From: Schaalia meyeri
GTDB taxonomy: Bacteria; Actinomycetota; Actinomycetes; Actinomycetales; Actinomycetaceae
DNA: 32,000 nt
Direction of reading: 5' to 3'
NCBI RefSeq assembly: GCF_900105015.1
Contig: NZ_FNLK01000012.1
Span: forward strand, 360,001-392,000
The notes under the pieces were generated by a model. The model was given only the letters and a program-made list of their open reading frames with translations. It did no database searches and was not told the DNA's origin. Both the position numbers and the translations under genes were made by a program. Below are positions 17,317 through 26,181 of the stretch, piece by piece (positions within the stretch are counted from its first letter, which is position 1; each line of letters opens with the position of its first letter).

Positions 17317-18623
17317 TGGACGCATCGTCTTGGGCACTCGTCGCGGCCTTTGTCGCGGGAGGAATCGGGGTGGCTCGCATCGCCACCGCGCTGACGCGTC
17401 GGCACCGCAGGCGCCGCGCGCTGGCGGCGCCCTCTACCGCCGACGACCCATCGCGCGGGCGCCCGCGCCCCTGGGTCGTCATGAACCCCTCGAAGCACGA
17501 GGACCCGCAGGCATTTAAGGACCTCATCAACCGCGAGGCCGCAAAACTCGGAATCACCCACGTTCACTGGCTCGAAACCACCCGCGAAGACCCCGGAACC
17601 GGCCAGGCGGTGCGCGCGCTCGACCTGGGAGCCTCCCTCGTCATCGCGGCCGGCGGGGACGGGACCGTGCGCGCGGTCGCCGCCGGCATGGCGGGATCGG
17701 GAGTGCGCATGGGCATCATCCCGGCGGGCACCGGCAACGTCCTGGCCGGCAACCTGTCCATCCCCGATGACCCGGTGCACGCCCTGGCCATTGCCCTGGG
17801 TGCCAACCACCGGGACGTTGACCTGGCGTGGGTGCGTTTCGAGGAGCACGCCGAGGCTCCCACCCTGCCCGCCGAGGGAGGGCTGCGCCGGGCCGCCCGC
17901 GCCACTCGGGCCCCTTCGCCGGCGGGCGCCTCGTCCAAAGAGCCCGGGGCCGACGAGTACGCGTGCCTGGTTATCGCTGGCATGGGCTACGACGGTGCGA
18001 CCATGGCCGACACGAACAGCGACCTGAAAAAGCGCATCGGGTGGATCGCGTACGTGTGGGCGGGCCTGGGCGCCATGGGGGTCCCGCGCATGAAAGCGCG
18101 CCTGACCCTGCGCTCCCCCGCCGCGCCCGCACCCGACCCACTCGGGGTGGGCGACCAGATTTCCGGCAGGATCATCGACCACACCGGGGCATCCTGCCCG
18201 CGCTCAAAGCGTCCGACGCACCAAGCCGACGAGGTCACCGACGTTGAGGCGCGCTCCGTCATGTTCGCGAACGCGGGCGAACTGAAGATGCTGGTCCTGG
18301 CCCCCGACGCTGACCTATCCGACGGGCTCATCGACGTCATCGCGGTCGACGCGCAGGCCGGCCTGCTCGGCTGGGCGGACGTGACGTGGAAGATGCTGGG
18401 GCAGCTCATCGGTCTGCGTCCCGTCAACCTGCCCGTGTCAACGGGCACGCTCGCCTTCCGACAGGCCAGGGGCGCGTCCGTGAGTGCCCAGGAGGCGCAG
18501 GTGTGCCAGGTGGACGGCGACGCGATCGGTGTCGCCCGCACCATGCACATTCGGACCCAGCCGGGCGCGCTCGACGTCGCGGTGCCCGCCGAACGCACGT
18601 GGATGGAGCTGCTGCCCGGCTGA
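17316..18623 (+). CDS. Diacylglycerol/lipid kinase family protein (DAGK_cat, YegS-like) with an N-terminal TM helix
   Basis: VIAAGGDGTVRAV and IIPAGTGNVLAGNL motifs. Start chosen at MDASSWALVAAFVAGG, the hydrophobic helix. The track ORF starts at 17214. Confidence 0.82.
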   Translation: MDASSWALVAAFVAGGIGVARIATALTRRHRRRRALAAPSTADDPSRGRPRPWVVMNPSKHEDPQAFKDLINREAAKLGITHVHWLETTREDPGTGQAVRALDLGASLVIAAGGDGTVRAVAAGMAGSGVRMGIIPAGTGNVLAGNLSIPDDPVHALAIALGANHRDVDLAWVRFEEHAEAPTLPAEGGLRRAARATRAPSPAGASSKEPGADEYACLVIAGMGYDGATMADTNSDLKKRIGWIAYVWAGLGAMGVPRMKARLTLRSPAAPAPDPLGVGDQISGRIIDHTGASCPRSKRPTHQADEVTDVEARSVMFANAGELKMLVLAPDADLSDGLIDVIAVDAQAGLLGWADVTWKMLGQLIGLRPVNLPVSTGTLAFRQARGASVSAQEAQVCQVDGDAIGVARTMHIRTQPGALDVAVPAERTWMELLPG

Positions 18624-18630
18624 GGAGGCG

Positions 18631-19638
18631 CTACACCAGGGGCCACGAGGGCGCGGGGCCGCCCGCCTCGCCCGACCCGTCGCCGCCGCGGAGCAGGTCT
18701 GCGACCCACGCGCGACCCGCGCGGAAGGCCTCGTCGCTGGTCCCCGGGGCCATCGACGCACGAACGCCGTCCACGCGCGGGTATGATCCCATGAAGCGGA
18801 CATCCGGCGAATACCTGTGCAGGTCCACCAGCGCCGCCTGCACCCGCTCCTCCCGGATGTGTCCGACGATGTCAATGCTGAAGGTGTAGTTGCCCAACCC
18901 ATCGCCGCTGGGACGCGACTCGATACGCGACAGGTCGACCCCGCGCACCGCGAACTGCTCCAGCAGCGTCAGCAGCGCGCCCGATTCGTTGACGGGCAGC
19001 GCAACCTGGATGGTCGTCTTATCCGCGCCGGTCGGCAACGGCACCGCGCCGGGGCGTGCCACCAGCACGAAGCGGGTGATCGCGCCCGGATTGTCGGCCA
19101 CGTCCCCGAACAGGGCCTCCAGGCCGTAGGTCGACACGGACATCGCGTTGCACAGGACCGCATCGAAAGAGGCGTCCCCATCCGACAGCAGCTCCGCGGC
19201 GGCGGCGGTCGACGTCGCGGGCAGGTGGATCGCGCCCGGGAAGGTCTGTTCCACCCAGGCCCGACACTGGGCCCACGCGTGCGGGTGCGTGCCGATCCGA
19301 CGAATATCGTCCGGGCGCGTGCCCGGCAGGACAGCCAACTGGAAGACCACGTTGACGTGCATCTCGGCGAGAATCACCAGTGGCTCGCCGTGCGACAGCG
19401 AATCCAACGTCGCGTTCACGCCACCCTCGATAGAGTTTTCAATCGGAACGACGGCCCGATCGGCCTCACCCCGGCGCACGGCCGCCAGCACCTGCGGGGC
19501 GCTGGGCATCGGCAGCAGGACCGCGCCGGCGGGCGCGACCTGGTGAACAGCCTGTTCGGTAAACGTACCGAATGGCCCCAGAAACGCGATGCGCGGCTTG
19601 GCGCCCAGGGGCGCGGGGCCGGGAATGTTCGTCGTCAT
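18631..19638 (-). CDS. pheA: Prephenate dehydratase
   Basis: RIAFLGPFGTFTEQA N-terminus, ACT-domain ESRP motif (LSRIESRPSG) and FSIDIVGH. The start is either ATG 19638 or 19680 (track). Confidence 0.9.
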   Translation of the reverse strand: MTTNIPGPAPLGAKPRIAFLGPFGTFTEQAVHQVAPAGAVLLPMPSAPQVLAAVRRGEADRAVVPIENSIEGGVNATLDSLSHGEPLVILAEMHVNVVFQLAVLPGTRPDDIRRIGTHPHAWAQCRAWVEQTFPGAIHLPATSTAAAAELLSDGDASFDAVLCNAMSVSTYGLEALFGDVADNPGAITRFVLVARPGAVPLPTGADKTTIQVALPVNESGALLTLLEQFAVRGVDLSRIESRPSGDGLGNYTFSIDIVGHIREERVQAALVDLHRYSPDVRFMGSYPRVDGVRASMAPGTSDEAFRAGRAWVADLLRGGDGSGEAGGPAPSWPLV

Positions 19639-19800
19639 GCTGCAAGGGTATCGACACGCCCCCGCGCGGCGCGTTCCCACGGGTGCGAAAGCGGCTCATT
19701 GTGGCCAATCGCGCGGGCTCACGCAGGGCACGGGCGGGAGCTGGCTCCGCGGTGTCGCCGCGGCGCTCCGCCCCGCTCACAGTCGGCCAGTCCCGCAGTC

Positions 19801-22062
19801 CTACTTGAACGCCTCGGCTCCGCCGCCGGGGGTGACGTTGCCGCACGCGGTGATCTTCCAGAGCTTCGCGGTGCCTCCCGCGTCCACCAGCTCGAAACCG
19901 GTGGACGTGTCGACGCCGTAGAACCCCGGGTTGCGGGTCGAACGCATGAAGTTGTAGTAGGCGCCGTCTTCCTCTTCGTAAAAGTGGGTGATGCCGAGCC
20001 TGCGCACGACCGCGCACACCTGGGGATCGGTGGCGATGTTGCGGAAGCTCTGGACCAGGACCTTCTGGGAGGCGCTATCCGCGTTGACGGTGCTCAGCTG
20101 CGGGAAAACGGCCTTGCGGCCCCCCAGCATCTCGACGTAGGCCTCACCGGCGATGGGGTCGCCGACGATCAGGGCGTCGGGAGCGGTCGTGAATTTCATG
20201 CGGCGCAGCATGGACAATTCGCCGGTGGTGGCCATCCCGGGCTTGCCCAGGTGCGCGGGGTCGTACACGTAGGCGACGGCCGCATTCCGGGCGTCGATCG
20301 CCCCGAAACCCGACAGCACCAGGACGAGAACGCCGACGCCCAACTGGATGGGCCAGCGGGGGGCTTCCACGGCCTCGTCCAGACCGCGCTCCGTGAGGAT
20401 TCTGCGCAGGGATGCGGTCCATGCCGCGTGGATCAGCCGGACGATGGCCGCGAAGCCGACCGCCATGAGGATGGTCAGCGCAACGTCCTCGACGCCCATG
20501 ATGCGTCGGGCGTCCTTGTACCAGGGGGCCAGCAGGTAGGTGCGCAGCGCGGAGTTGGGCGCGTAGGCCAGGGCGGTCAGGGACGCCAGGATCAGGTAGG
20601 AGACCAGCGGCCAGCGCGGCAGGGGCGCATCTTTCCTGGCGGAGGCGGCCGGGTACCCCGCCTGGTTCGCGCCCCCTCCGAGGGTTAAGGCGTCCGCCCA
20701 GCCGCTGTCCCCGTCCAGTCCCGCGTTGGCTGCGGCGCGCTCCAGTGGATCCGGGCGGAGCCAGAGTGTGTGAAGACCGGCGATAACAGCGACACCGACG
20801 ATGAGCAAGACCAGCTGGACCAGGGACCACTGGGTGAATCCCGACGTGGCGGAAAAGGGCGGGTAGGGCAAGAACGCGTGGGAGAATGCCTCGCTCCAGC
20901 TGCTTCCGTTGCGCTGGTACCTGCCCATGGCTTGGATTTTCGGGGAGGCCAGCGCGATGAGGGGCACGGCGATCACGGTCACGCCCAGGGCGACCCACGC
21001 GGCGGCGCCGATTTTGCCTCGCCCATCACGGCCCAGGCTCAGGCGCGTCAGGGACGCGATGGAAGCCAGGAGCGGCGCCACCAGGAAAGCCAGCAGCGAG
21101 AAGGCGGCGCTGGGGTGGACTCCGACGAGGCCGAGGGCACCGATCAAGAGGAAGAGGCCCTGGGGGATACGGCGCGTGAACGCGCGCAGACCGTCCCCCG
21201 CGCGCAGGTCGTCCACGAGTCGGCGGCCCGCGACGATGCTGGCGGCGGCGAGGCCCGGGACCAGAGCGGTTCCGGTGGAGTTGGGCCACTGGTTGTACAT
21301 CGTCAGGGCGTCGGCCGGCATGTTGAGCAGCGCACCGCCGATGACGGGGGCCGCGAGGAGCGCGGAGCGCGAGGTGGTCAGCACGGAGACCAGGGCCGCC
21401 AGGCCGATGACCCACACGGCCATGAGGGCCAGGGAGGACATGTTGGAGGTCTGGACGACGGAGTCAAAGCGCGCGAAGAGCGCGACGAAGGCGTGCCAGC
21501 CCGTCGGATAATAGACGCGGCGCCCGCCGTAGAGCTCGTGGAGCCCGCCGAAGGGGCTGGCGTCCTTCCCGTAGAGGATCGCGTGAACCCCGTTTTGATG
21601 GAAGGTGGGGTCCCACTGCTGGACCGGGTTCGCAGGGTCGGCGCCCGCGATGAGGGGCCAGGCAGCCAGGAGGAATCCGGCGAGGATCGTGCCCCACGTG
21701 GCCGCCCGGATCGCGGCCTGGGCGCCTCCGATCGGCACGCGCACGCCGATGGCTTCGCGCAGGGGCTGGCCCCTGAGGGAGAATCCTTCGTTGTTGCGAT
21801 GAAAAAAGCTCAGGCTCCACGCGCCCGCCCCGCCCAGGGTGCTGAGTCCCAGGGCGGGCAGGGCGGTGGAGGGCTCCCACTCGATGCCCAGGGCGGGGTA
21901 GGCCACCGACAACAGCGTGATCAGCCCAAAGGTGAAAGCCGGCGCCGCCCCGATGGCCGCCAGCGAGGAGCGCACGCCGGCCCGTAGCCACATGAACCCC
22001 GGCAGCACCAGGGCGACCATCATGGCCAGCAGGGTCGGGACCAGCATCCACCAGGCGAGCAC
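19801..22062 (-). CDS. Large polytopic membrane protein (GT-C-like; possibly DUF6541 family, from memory)
   Basis: 753 aa with at least 12 predicted TM helices in the N-terminal two-thirds and a soluble C-terminal domain. It starts 3 nt downstream of the dedA stop. Confidence 0.75.
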   Translation of the reverse strand: MLAWWMLVPTLLAMMVALVLPGFMWLRAGVRSSLAAIGAAPAFTFGLITLLSVAYPALGIEWEPSTALPALGLSTLGGAGAWSLSFFHRNNEGFSLRGQPLREAIGVRVPIGGAQAAIRAATWGTILAGFLLAAWPLIAGADPANPVQQWDPTFHQNGVHAILYGKDASPFGGLHELYGGRRVYYPTGWHAFVALFARFDSVVQTSNMSSLALMAVWVIGLAALVSVLTTSRSALLAAPVIGGALLNMPADALTMYNQWPNSTGTALVPGLAAASIVAGRRLVDDLRAGDGLRAFTRRIPQGLFLLIGALGLVGVHPSAAFSLLAFLVAPLLASIASLTRLSLGRDGRGKIGAAAWVALGVTVIAVPLIALASPKIQAMGRYQRNGSSWSEAFSHAFLPYPPFSATSGFTQWSLVQLVLLIVGVAVIAGLHTLWLRPDPLERAAANAGLDGDSGWADALTLGGGANQAGYPAASARKDAPLPRWPLVSYLILASLTALAYAPNSALRTYLLAPWYKDARRIMGVEDVALTILMAVGFAAIVRLIHAAWTASLRRILTERGLDEAVEAPRWPIQLGVGVLVLVLSGFGAIDARNAAVAYVYDPAHLGKPGMATTGELSMLRRMKFTTAPDALIVGDPIAGEAYVEMLGGRKAVFPQLSTVNADSASQKVLVQSFRNIATDPQVCAVVRRLGITHFYEEEDGAYYNFMRSTRNPGFYGVDTSTGFELVDAGGTAKLWKITACGNVTPGGGAEAFK

Positions 22063-22065
22063 GGC

Positions 22066-22731
22066 CTATCCCTCCTGGGAGGTGGCGCGGCGCTTGCCCA
22101 TCACCTCGATGACGACGGGCATAACGGAGGCCAGGATGATGGCCGCCAGGATCAGCGTCAGATTGTCGTGCACGAAGGGAACGTTGCCCAACAGGGCGCC
22201 GACCAGGATGAATCCCGCGCCCCAGATCAGGGCGCCCAGGGTGTTGAAGGCCAGGAACTTCGGGTAGGGGTAGCGGGCGATGCCGGCCGCGATCGGGATA
22301 AAGGTGCGCACAAAGGGGATGAAGCGCCCGATGACGAGCGAGCGGCCCCCGTAGTTCGTGAAGTAGTGCTCGGCCTTGTCTAGGTGCTTCGTCTTCAGGA
22401 CGCGCGCGTCGGGCTTGAAGAAGCGGCGGCCCCACTTGGCCCCCAGGAAGTAGCCGACCTGCGCGCCGACGAACGCCGCCACGACCACCAAGCCGATCAG
22501 GGTCGGCAGGTGCAGCCCCAGGTGGTCGTGCAAAAGCCCGGCGGTGAACAGCAGAGATTCCCCTGGCAGGACGGGGAAAAGCACGCCGGATTCGATCAGG
22601 ACGATGAGCATCGTTCCCCACAGCACCCACGGCCCCATGGCCTCTAGCAGGGTCGCGGGATTTTTAAACCACTCGATAACGGTGTGCAGCATCGACGGAT
22701 CCGATGCGCTCACGAGTGTCGACCAGGTCAC
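22066..22731 (-). CDS. DedA-family membrane protein
   Basis: 221 aa with LFPVLPGESLLFTAGLL and GRFIPFVRTFIPIAAGIARYPYPKF signatures. Confidence 0.9.
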   Translation of the reverse strand: MTWSTLVSASDPSMLHTVIEWFKNPATLLEAMGPWVLWGTMLIVLIESGVLFPVLPGESLLFTAGLLHDHLGLHLPTLIGLVVVAAFVGAQVGYFLGAKWGRRFFKPDARVLKTKHLDKAEHYFTNYGGRSLVIGRFIPFVRTFIPIAAGIARYPYPKFLAFNTLGALIWGAGFILVGALLGNVPFVHDNLTLILAAIILASVMPVVIEVMGKRRATSQEG

Positions 22732-22796
22732 GATAGGGCCCTTTTCTGCCGGGAATGTGTCCCCCTTACCCTACCTTTGTTGACCACGAATATAGG

Positions 22797-25796
22797 ATGG
22801 TCAACATGAGGAAGCGCAAGGATTCACACGACGACACTCCGGTCGGGGACAAGAATCTCCTTTTCGTCCCCTCCTCATCCGACAATCCATCGGAATCCGG
22901 GGTCGACGCGCTGATGGGAATGATGAACGAGGCCACCACCGCTCCGCTTCCCGCCCCTCCCCCGCCCTTGCCGCCCTCGGAAACGCCCACCCAGGTCATG
23001 ACGCCCGTCGACGCGGGCGCCCCGGCCGCGGCGCCGATCGACATGCCGCCTGCCATTCCCCCCACCCAGCCGACGCCGACTAAGGCCGAAGAGGCCTCGC
23101 CGACTCTCGTCCTGAGCGCGGTAGAATCCCCGCCTCCCCCACCGGACGAGGCAGCCGCGCCCCCGCAGAGCGCCACGCCGGGGGACGCACCGCCTAAGGC
23201 AGCCGAGCCTCTCGCCGACTCTCGCGAGGAGGAACCCGCCCCCTCCATTCCCATCGAGGCGACGACGAGCGGAGAGGACGCTCCCGCGCCCCCCGTCCGC
23301 AGGCTTAGACTCCCCCGCCCCGTCTACATCGCGGATCGCGTCCTCGCCGTGCGTCGCCGCCGGGAGGACATCGCCGACGTCGTCATCTCCCTGCTCGCAC
23401 TCGTCGCCATCTGGACGATCGGCACACTGGCCAGCGCAACGACGCGCGGCGTGACGATGGACGTCCTACGCTTCCAGGTCATTCGCCAGATCCTGCTCCT
23501 GCCCGTCAGCCTCGTCGAAGGCCTCATCATCCTGGTCACGCCCATCCTCGTGATCGTCTCGCTCGCCCTGCGCAGGCGGCTCCAGACGGTCATCCAGGTA
23601 CTGGTCACGAGCCTGGTCGCCGCGGTCGGCGGGTGGATCATCATCCTGCTCACCGGACTGCTTCCCTCCGACCTGACCGCGCCCCTCAGCGTGGACCGGG
23701 CGATCGCCACGCAGGGTTCACAAACCGGCTTCGCGATCGCCATCAACCTGGTGATCGTCACCCTGTGTGCGCTCTTTACATCGGCGGGCGAGGCCCAGTC
23801 GATGCGCGCGATCCGCTGGGGATGGGCCGGGTTGTGGATCATCTTAGTCCTGGGCGTCCTGCGCTCCTCTATGACCCTGCCCGTCGCTTTCATCTCCGTC
23901 TTCCTGGGCCGCGCCTTCGGATCGGGATCGCGGTGGATCATGGGTTATGACGACCAGAGGGCCCGGGGAGACGCACTGGTGGAGGCGCTGCTCAGAATCG
24001 GCATCACGCCGTCGCGGATCGTGCGCTCCGACCTGGACACCTCCGAAGAGCCCCTGTCCACGTGGGCCATCGCCGAGAACTCGCGCGGGCGCCTCACGCA
24101 GATGCCCGCTGACCTGGGCGACATGGGGGTCACCGTGACGCGGCGCCCCGACCCCAACCACCACCGGCACTACCAGGTGTGGAGCGACGCCGGATTGGCG
24201 TACGAGCTCATCGTCATGGACCCGGGTCAGGAGCTGACCGGCACCCTCCTGGAGATGTGGAACAACCTGCGCCTGCGCGGGATCAGCCGGTGGGTGTCCC
24301 CCTCGATGAAAGCACAGGCGGAGCGTTCATCTTTCACCACGCTACAGGCGCTGCGCGCCGGGGTGTTCACACAGGAGCCGATCAGCATCGCTTCGGCATC
24401 CGACTCGATCATCATGGTGCTTTCCGCGCTGCCCGTGACGACTCCCCTGACGACGCTCGGCGAGGACGCCACGGACGAGGTGCTGGACCGGGCGTGGGAG
24501 CAGCTGCTGTTGGCTCACTCGCGCGGAATCTCGCACCGCGCGCTCACCCCCGAGGCCGTGGTCGTCGATTCCTCCGCCGACGTGTGGCTGCTGGATTGGG
24601 ACTCCGGCGAGGTGGCGACTACCGAGCTGAACCAGTCGATCGACGTCGCCCAGATGCTGGTCCTCACCGCCCTGGCTGTGGGTCCCGAGCGCGCGCTTGC
24701 GGCCGGCCGCCGCTGCGTCGGCGAGGAGATGCTGATCGCGTGCGCCCCGGTCATCCAGAAGCCGGTTCTGCCCGCGTCGGTGAACCAGATGCTGCGCCGA
24801 TCCGACCTGCTCAGCGAGCTGCGTGCCGACCTCGTGGGGGACTCCGAGGCCGAGACCGCCCCCACGGCGGACCTGCAGCGTTTCCGCCCCCGCATGATCT
24901 TTACCATCGCGGTCCTGTTCATCGCTGTCTTCGTCGTCCTGGGTTCGCTCAACTTCCGCGATATCGTCTCCACGGTGACCAGCGCAAACCCGTGGTGGAT
25001 GGCCGCTTCCGCGGTGCTGGCCTGCCTGATTTGGGTGGGGTCGGCCATCCCGCTCATCGCCCTGTCTCCCGAGAAGCTGCGCTTGAGCGACACGCTCATC
25101 GCGCAGGTCGCAGCGTCGATTATCACGATCGTCGCGCCCGCCGGCGTGGGACCCGCCGCCCTCAACCTGCGCTACCTGCGCAAGCGCCGCGTCCCGACCG
25201 CGATGGCGGTCACGACGGTGACGCTCATGCAGATCTCTCAGGCGCTCATCACGATCATCCTGCTGCTGCTCGTCATGGTCATCGCCGGTTCCTCCCTGTC
25301 TGTATCGGTGCCCTACGGCACGATCCTGGGGGTCGTCGCCGTCGTGATGGTGGCGGTGGGCGTCATTGTTGCCGTCCCACGGATCCGCCGCTGGATCTGG
25401 GTAAAGATCGAGCCGACGTGGCAGCAGGTGTATCCGCGCCTGCTGTGGATCATCGGCCAGCCTCGCCGCCTGGCCGCCGTCGTTACCGGCAACCTCCTGA
25501 TGAACATCGGCTATGTGGGCGCGTTCTGGACCGCCATGATCGCCATGGGTGGTTCCATGAACTTCTCCACGGTCGCGATCACCTACCTGACCGCGAACGC
25601 GGCCGGATCCTTCATTCCGTCCCCCGGCGGCATCGGCACGGTGGAAACGGCGCTCACGTCGGGCCTGACCGTCGCGGGCGTATCCTCGTCGGTCGCTATC
25701 GCCACCGCCCTGCTGTATCGTCTGGTCACCTTCTACGGCCGCATCCCCTTCGGCTGGCTGGCCATGAAGTACATGGAGAAAAAGGACCTGCTGTAG
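22797..25796 (+). CDS. Multi-domain membrane protein: Pro-rich N-terminus, TM block, kinase-like (probably inactive) domain, and a C-terminal LPG-synthase-TM/flippase-like domain
   Basis: The C-terminus has the UPF0104/lysyl-PG-synthase TM signature FIPSPGGIGTVETAL. The middle has HSRGISHRALTPEAVVVD...LLDWDSGE, resembling the kinase/APH catalytic loop and DxD/DFG regions. The start is uncertain (22755, 22797 or 22806). Confidence 0.85.
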   Translation: MVNMRKRKDSHDDTPVGDKNLLFVPSSSDNPSESGVDALMGMMNEATTAPLPAPPPPLPPSETPTQVMTPVDAGAPAAAPIDMPPAIPPTQPTPTKAEEASPTLVLSAVESPPPPPDEAAAPPQSATPGDAPPKAAEPLADSREEEPAPSIPIEATTSGEDAPAPPVRRLRLPRPVYIADRVLAVRRRREDIADVVISLLALVAIWTIGTLASATTRGVTMDVLRFQVIRQILLLPVSLVEGLIILVTPILVIVSLALRRRLQTVIQVLVTSLVAAVGGWIIILLTGLLPSDLTAPLSVDRAIATQGSQTGFAIAINLVIVTLCALFTSAGEAQSMRAIRWGWAGLWIILVLGVLRSSMTLPVAFISVFLGRAFGSGSRWIMGYDDQRARGDALVEALLRIGITPSRIVRSDLDTSEEPLSTWAIAENSRGRLTQMPADLGDMGVTVTRRPDPNHHRHYQVWSDAGLAYELIVMDPGQELTGTLLEMWNNLRLRGISRWVSPSMKAQAERSSFTTLQALRAGVFTQEPISIASASDSIIMVLSALPVTTPLTTLGEDATDEVLDRAWEQLLLAHSRGISHRALTPEAVVVDSSADVWLLDWDSGEVATTELNQSIDVAQMLVLTALAVGPERALAAGRRCVGEEMLIACAPVIQKPVLPASVNQMLRRSDLLSELRADLVGDSEAETAPTADLQRFRPRMIFTIAVLFIAVFVVLGSLNFRDIVSTVTSANPWWMAASAVLACLIWVGSAIPLIALSPEKLRLSDTLIAQVAASIITIVAPAGVGPAALNLRYLRKRRVPTAMAVTTVTLMQISQALITIILLLLVMVIAGSSLSVSVPYGTILGVVAVVMVAVGVIVAVPRIRRWIWVKIEPTWQQVYPRLLWIIGQPRRLAAVVTGNLLMNIGYVGAFWTAMIAMGGSMNFSTVAITYLTANAAGSFIPSPGGIGTVETALTSGLTVAGVSSSVAIATALLYRLVTFYGRIPFGWLAMKYMEKKDLL

Positions 25797-26010
25797 AAAC
25801 ATGAGGCGGCCCAGCGTGGCTTGCCTCATCCGAGCGCGCGTTCGATCTGGCGTTCGTTGCCTGACAGAGCGACCGGCGCCTACGAATCCGCACGCTGAAC
25901 GCGCTGCTCCTCGTCTGCATCCAGCAATCACTTGAGGATGCGCTCCCTGAGCTCGCTGAGCCGATACGGCGGTGGAACGGGCGTCATGTTTCTTCTATCC
26001 ACTCTTACGT

Positions 26011-26049
26011 CCAGTTACTTCTAATTTTATCTCAATTAGAAGTAACTGG
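26011..26049. repeat. 16-bp perfect AT-rich inverted repeat
   Basis: CCAGTTACTTCTAATT (26011-26026), loop ttatctc, AATTAGAAGTAACTGG (26034-26049). It lies in an AT-rich patch of about 70 bp between convergent genes. Confidence 0.8.
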
Positions 26050-26181
26050 ATATTTCTTAGCCTCGATCGCCCTCATCGCACGTCGACGAGGGCGACAGAC
26101 CCGGCCGGGCGCGCTGAGGGTGCTCCTTCACAAAACGCGGCCTTCCCCGCCCTGTGCGGCAACCAACCAATCGACCAGGGG

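Noticed and set aside
15865-17394. 509-aa plus-strand ORF antisense to serS
   Set aside because: It has no recognisable motifs and a Gly/Ala/Arg/Val-rich shadow composition. The opposite strand encodes a complete canonical SerS.
18817-20688. 623-aa plus-strand ORF across pheA and the large membrane-protein gene
   Set aside because: It is an antisense shadow ORF spanning two well-supported minus-strand genes and their intergenic gap, with Arg/Gly-rich composition.
24179-25931. ORFs 24179..25804 (+, 541 aa) and 24342..25931 (-, 529 aa) overlapping the flippase-like gene
   Set aside because: Both are extremely Arg/Gly/Asp/His-rich. The 22755-frame protein has coherent TM helices and family motifs.
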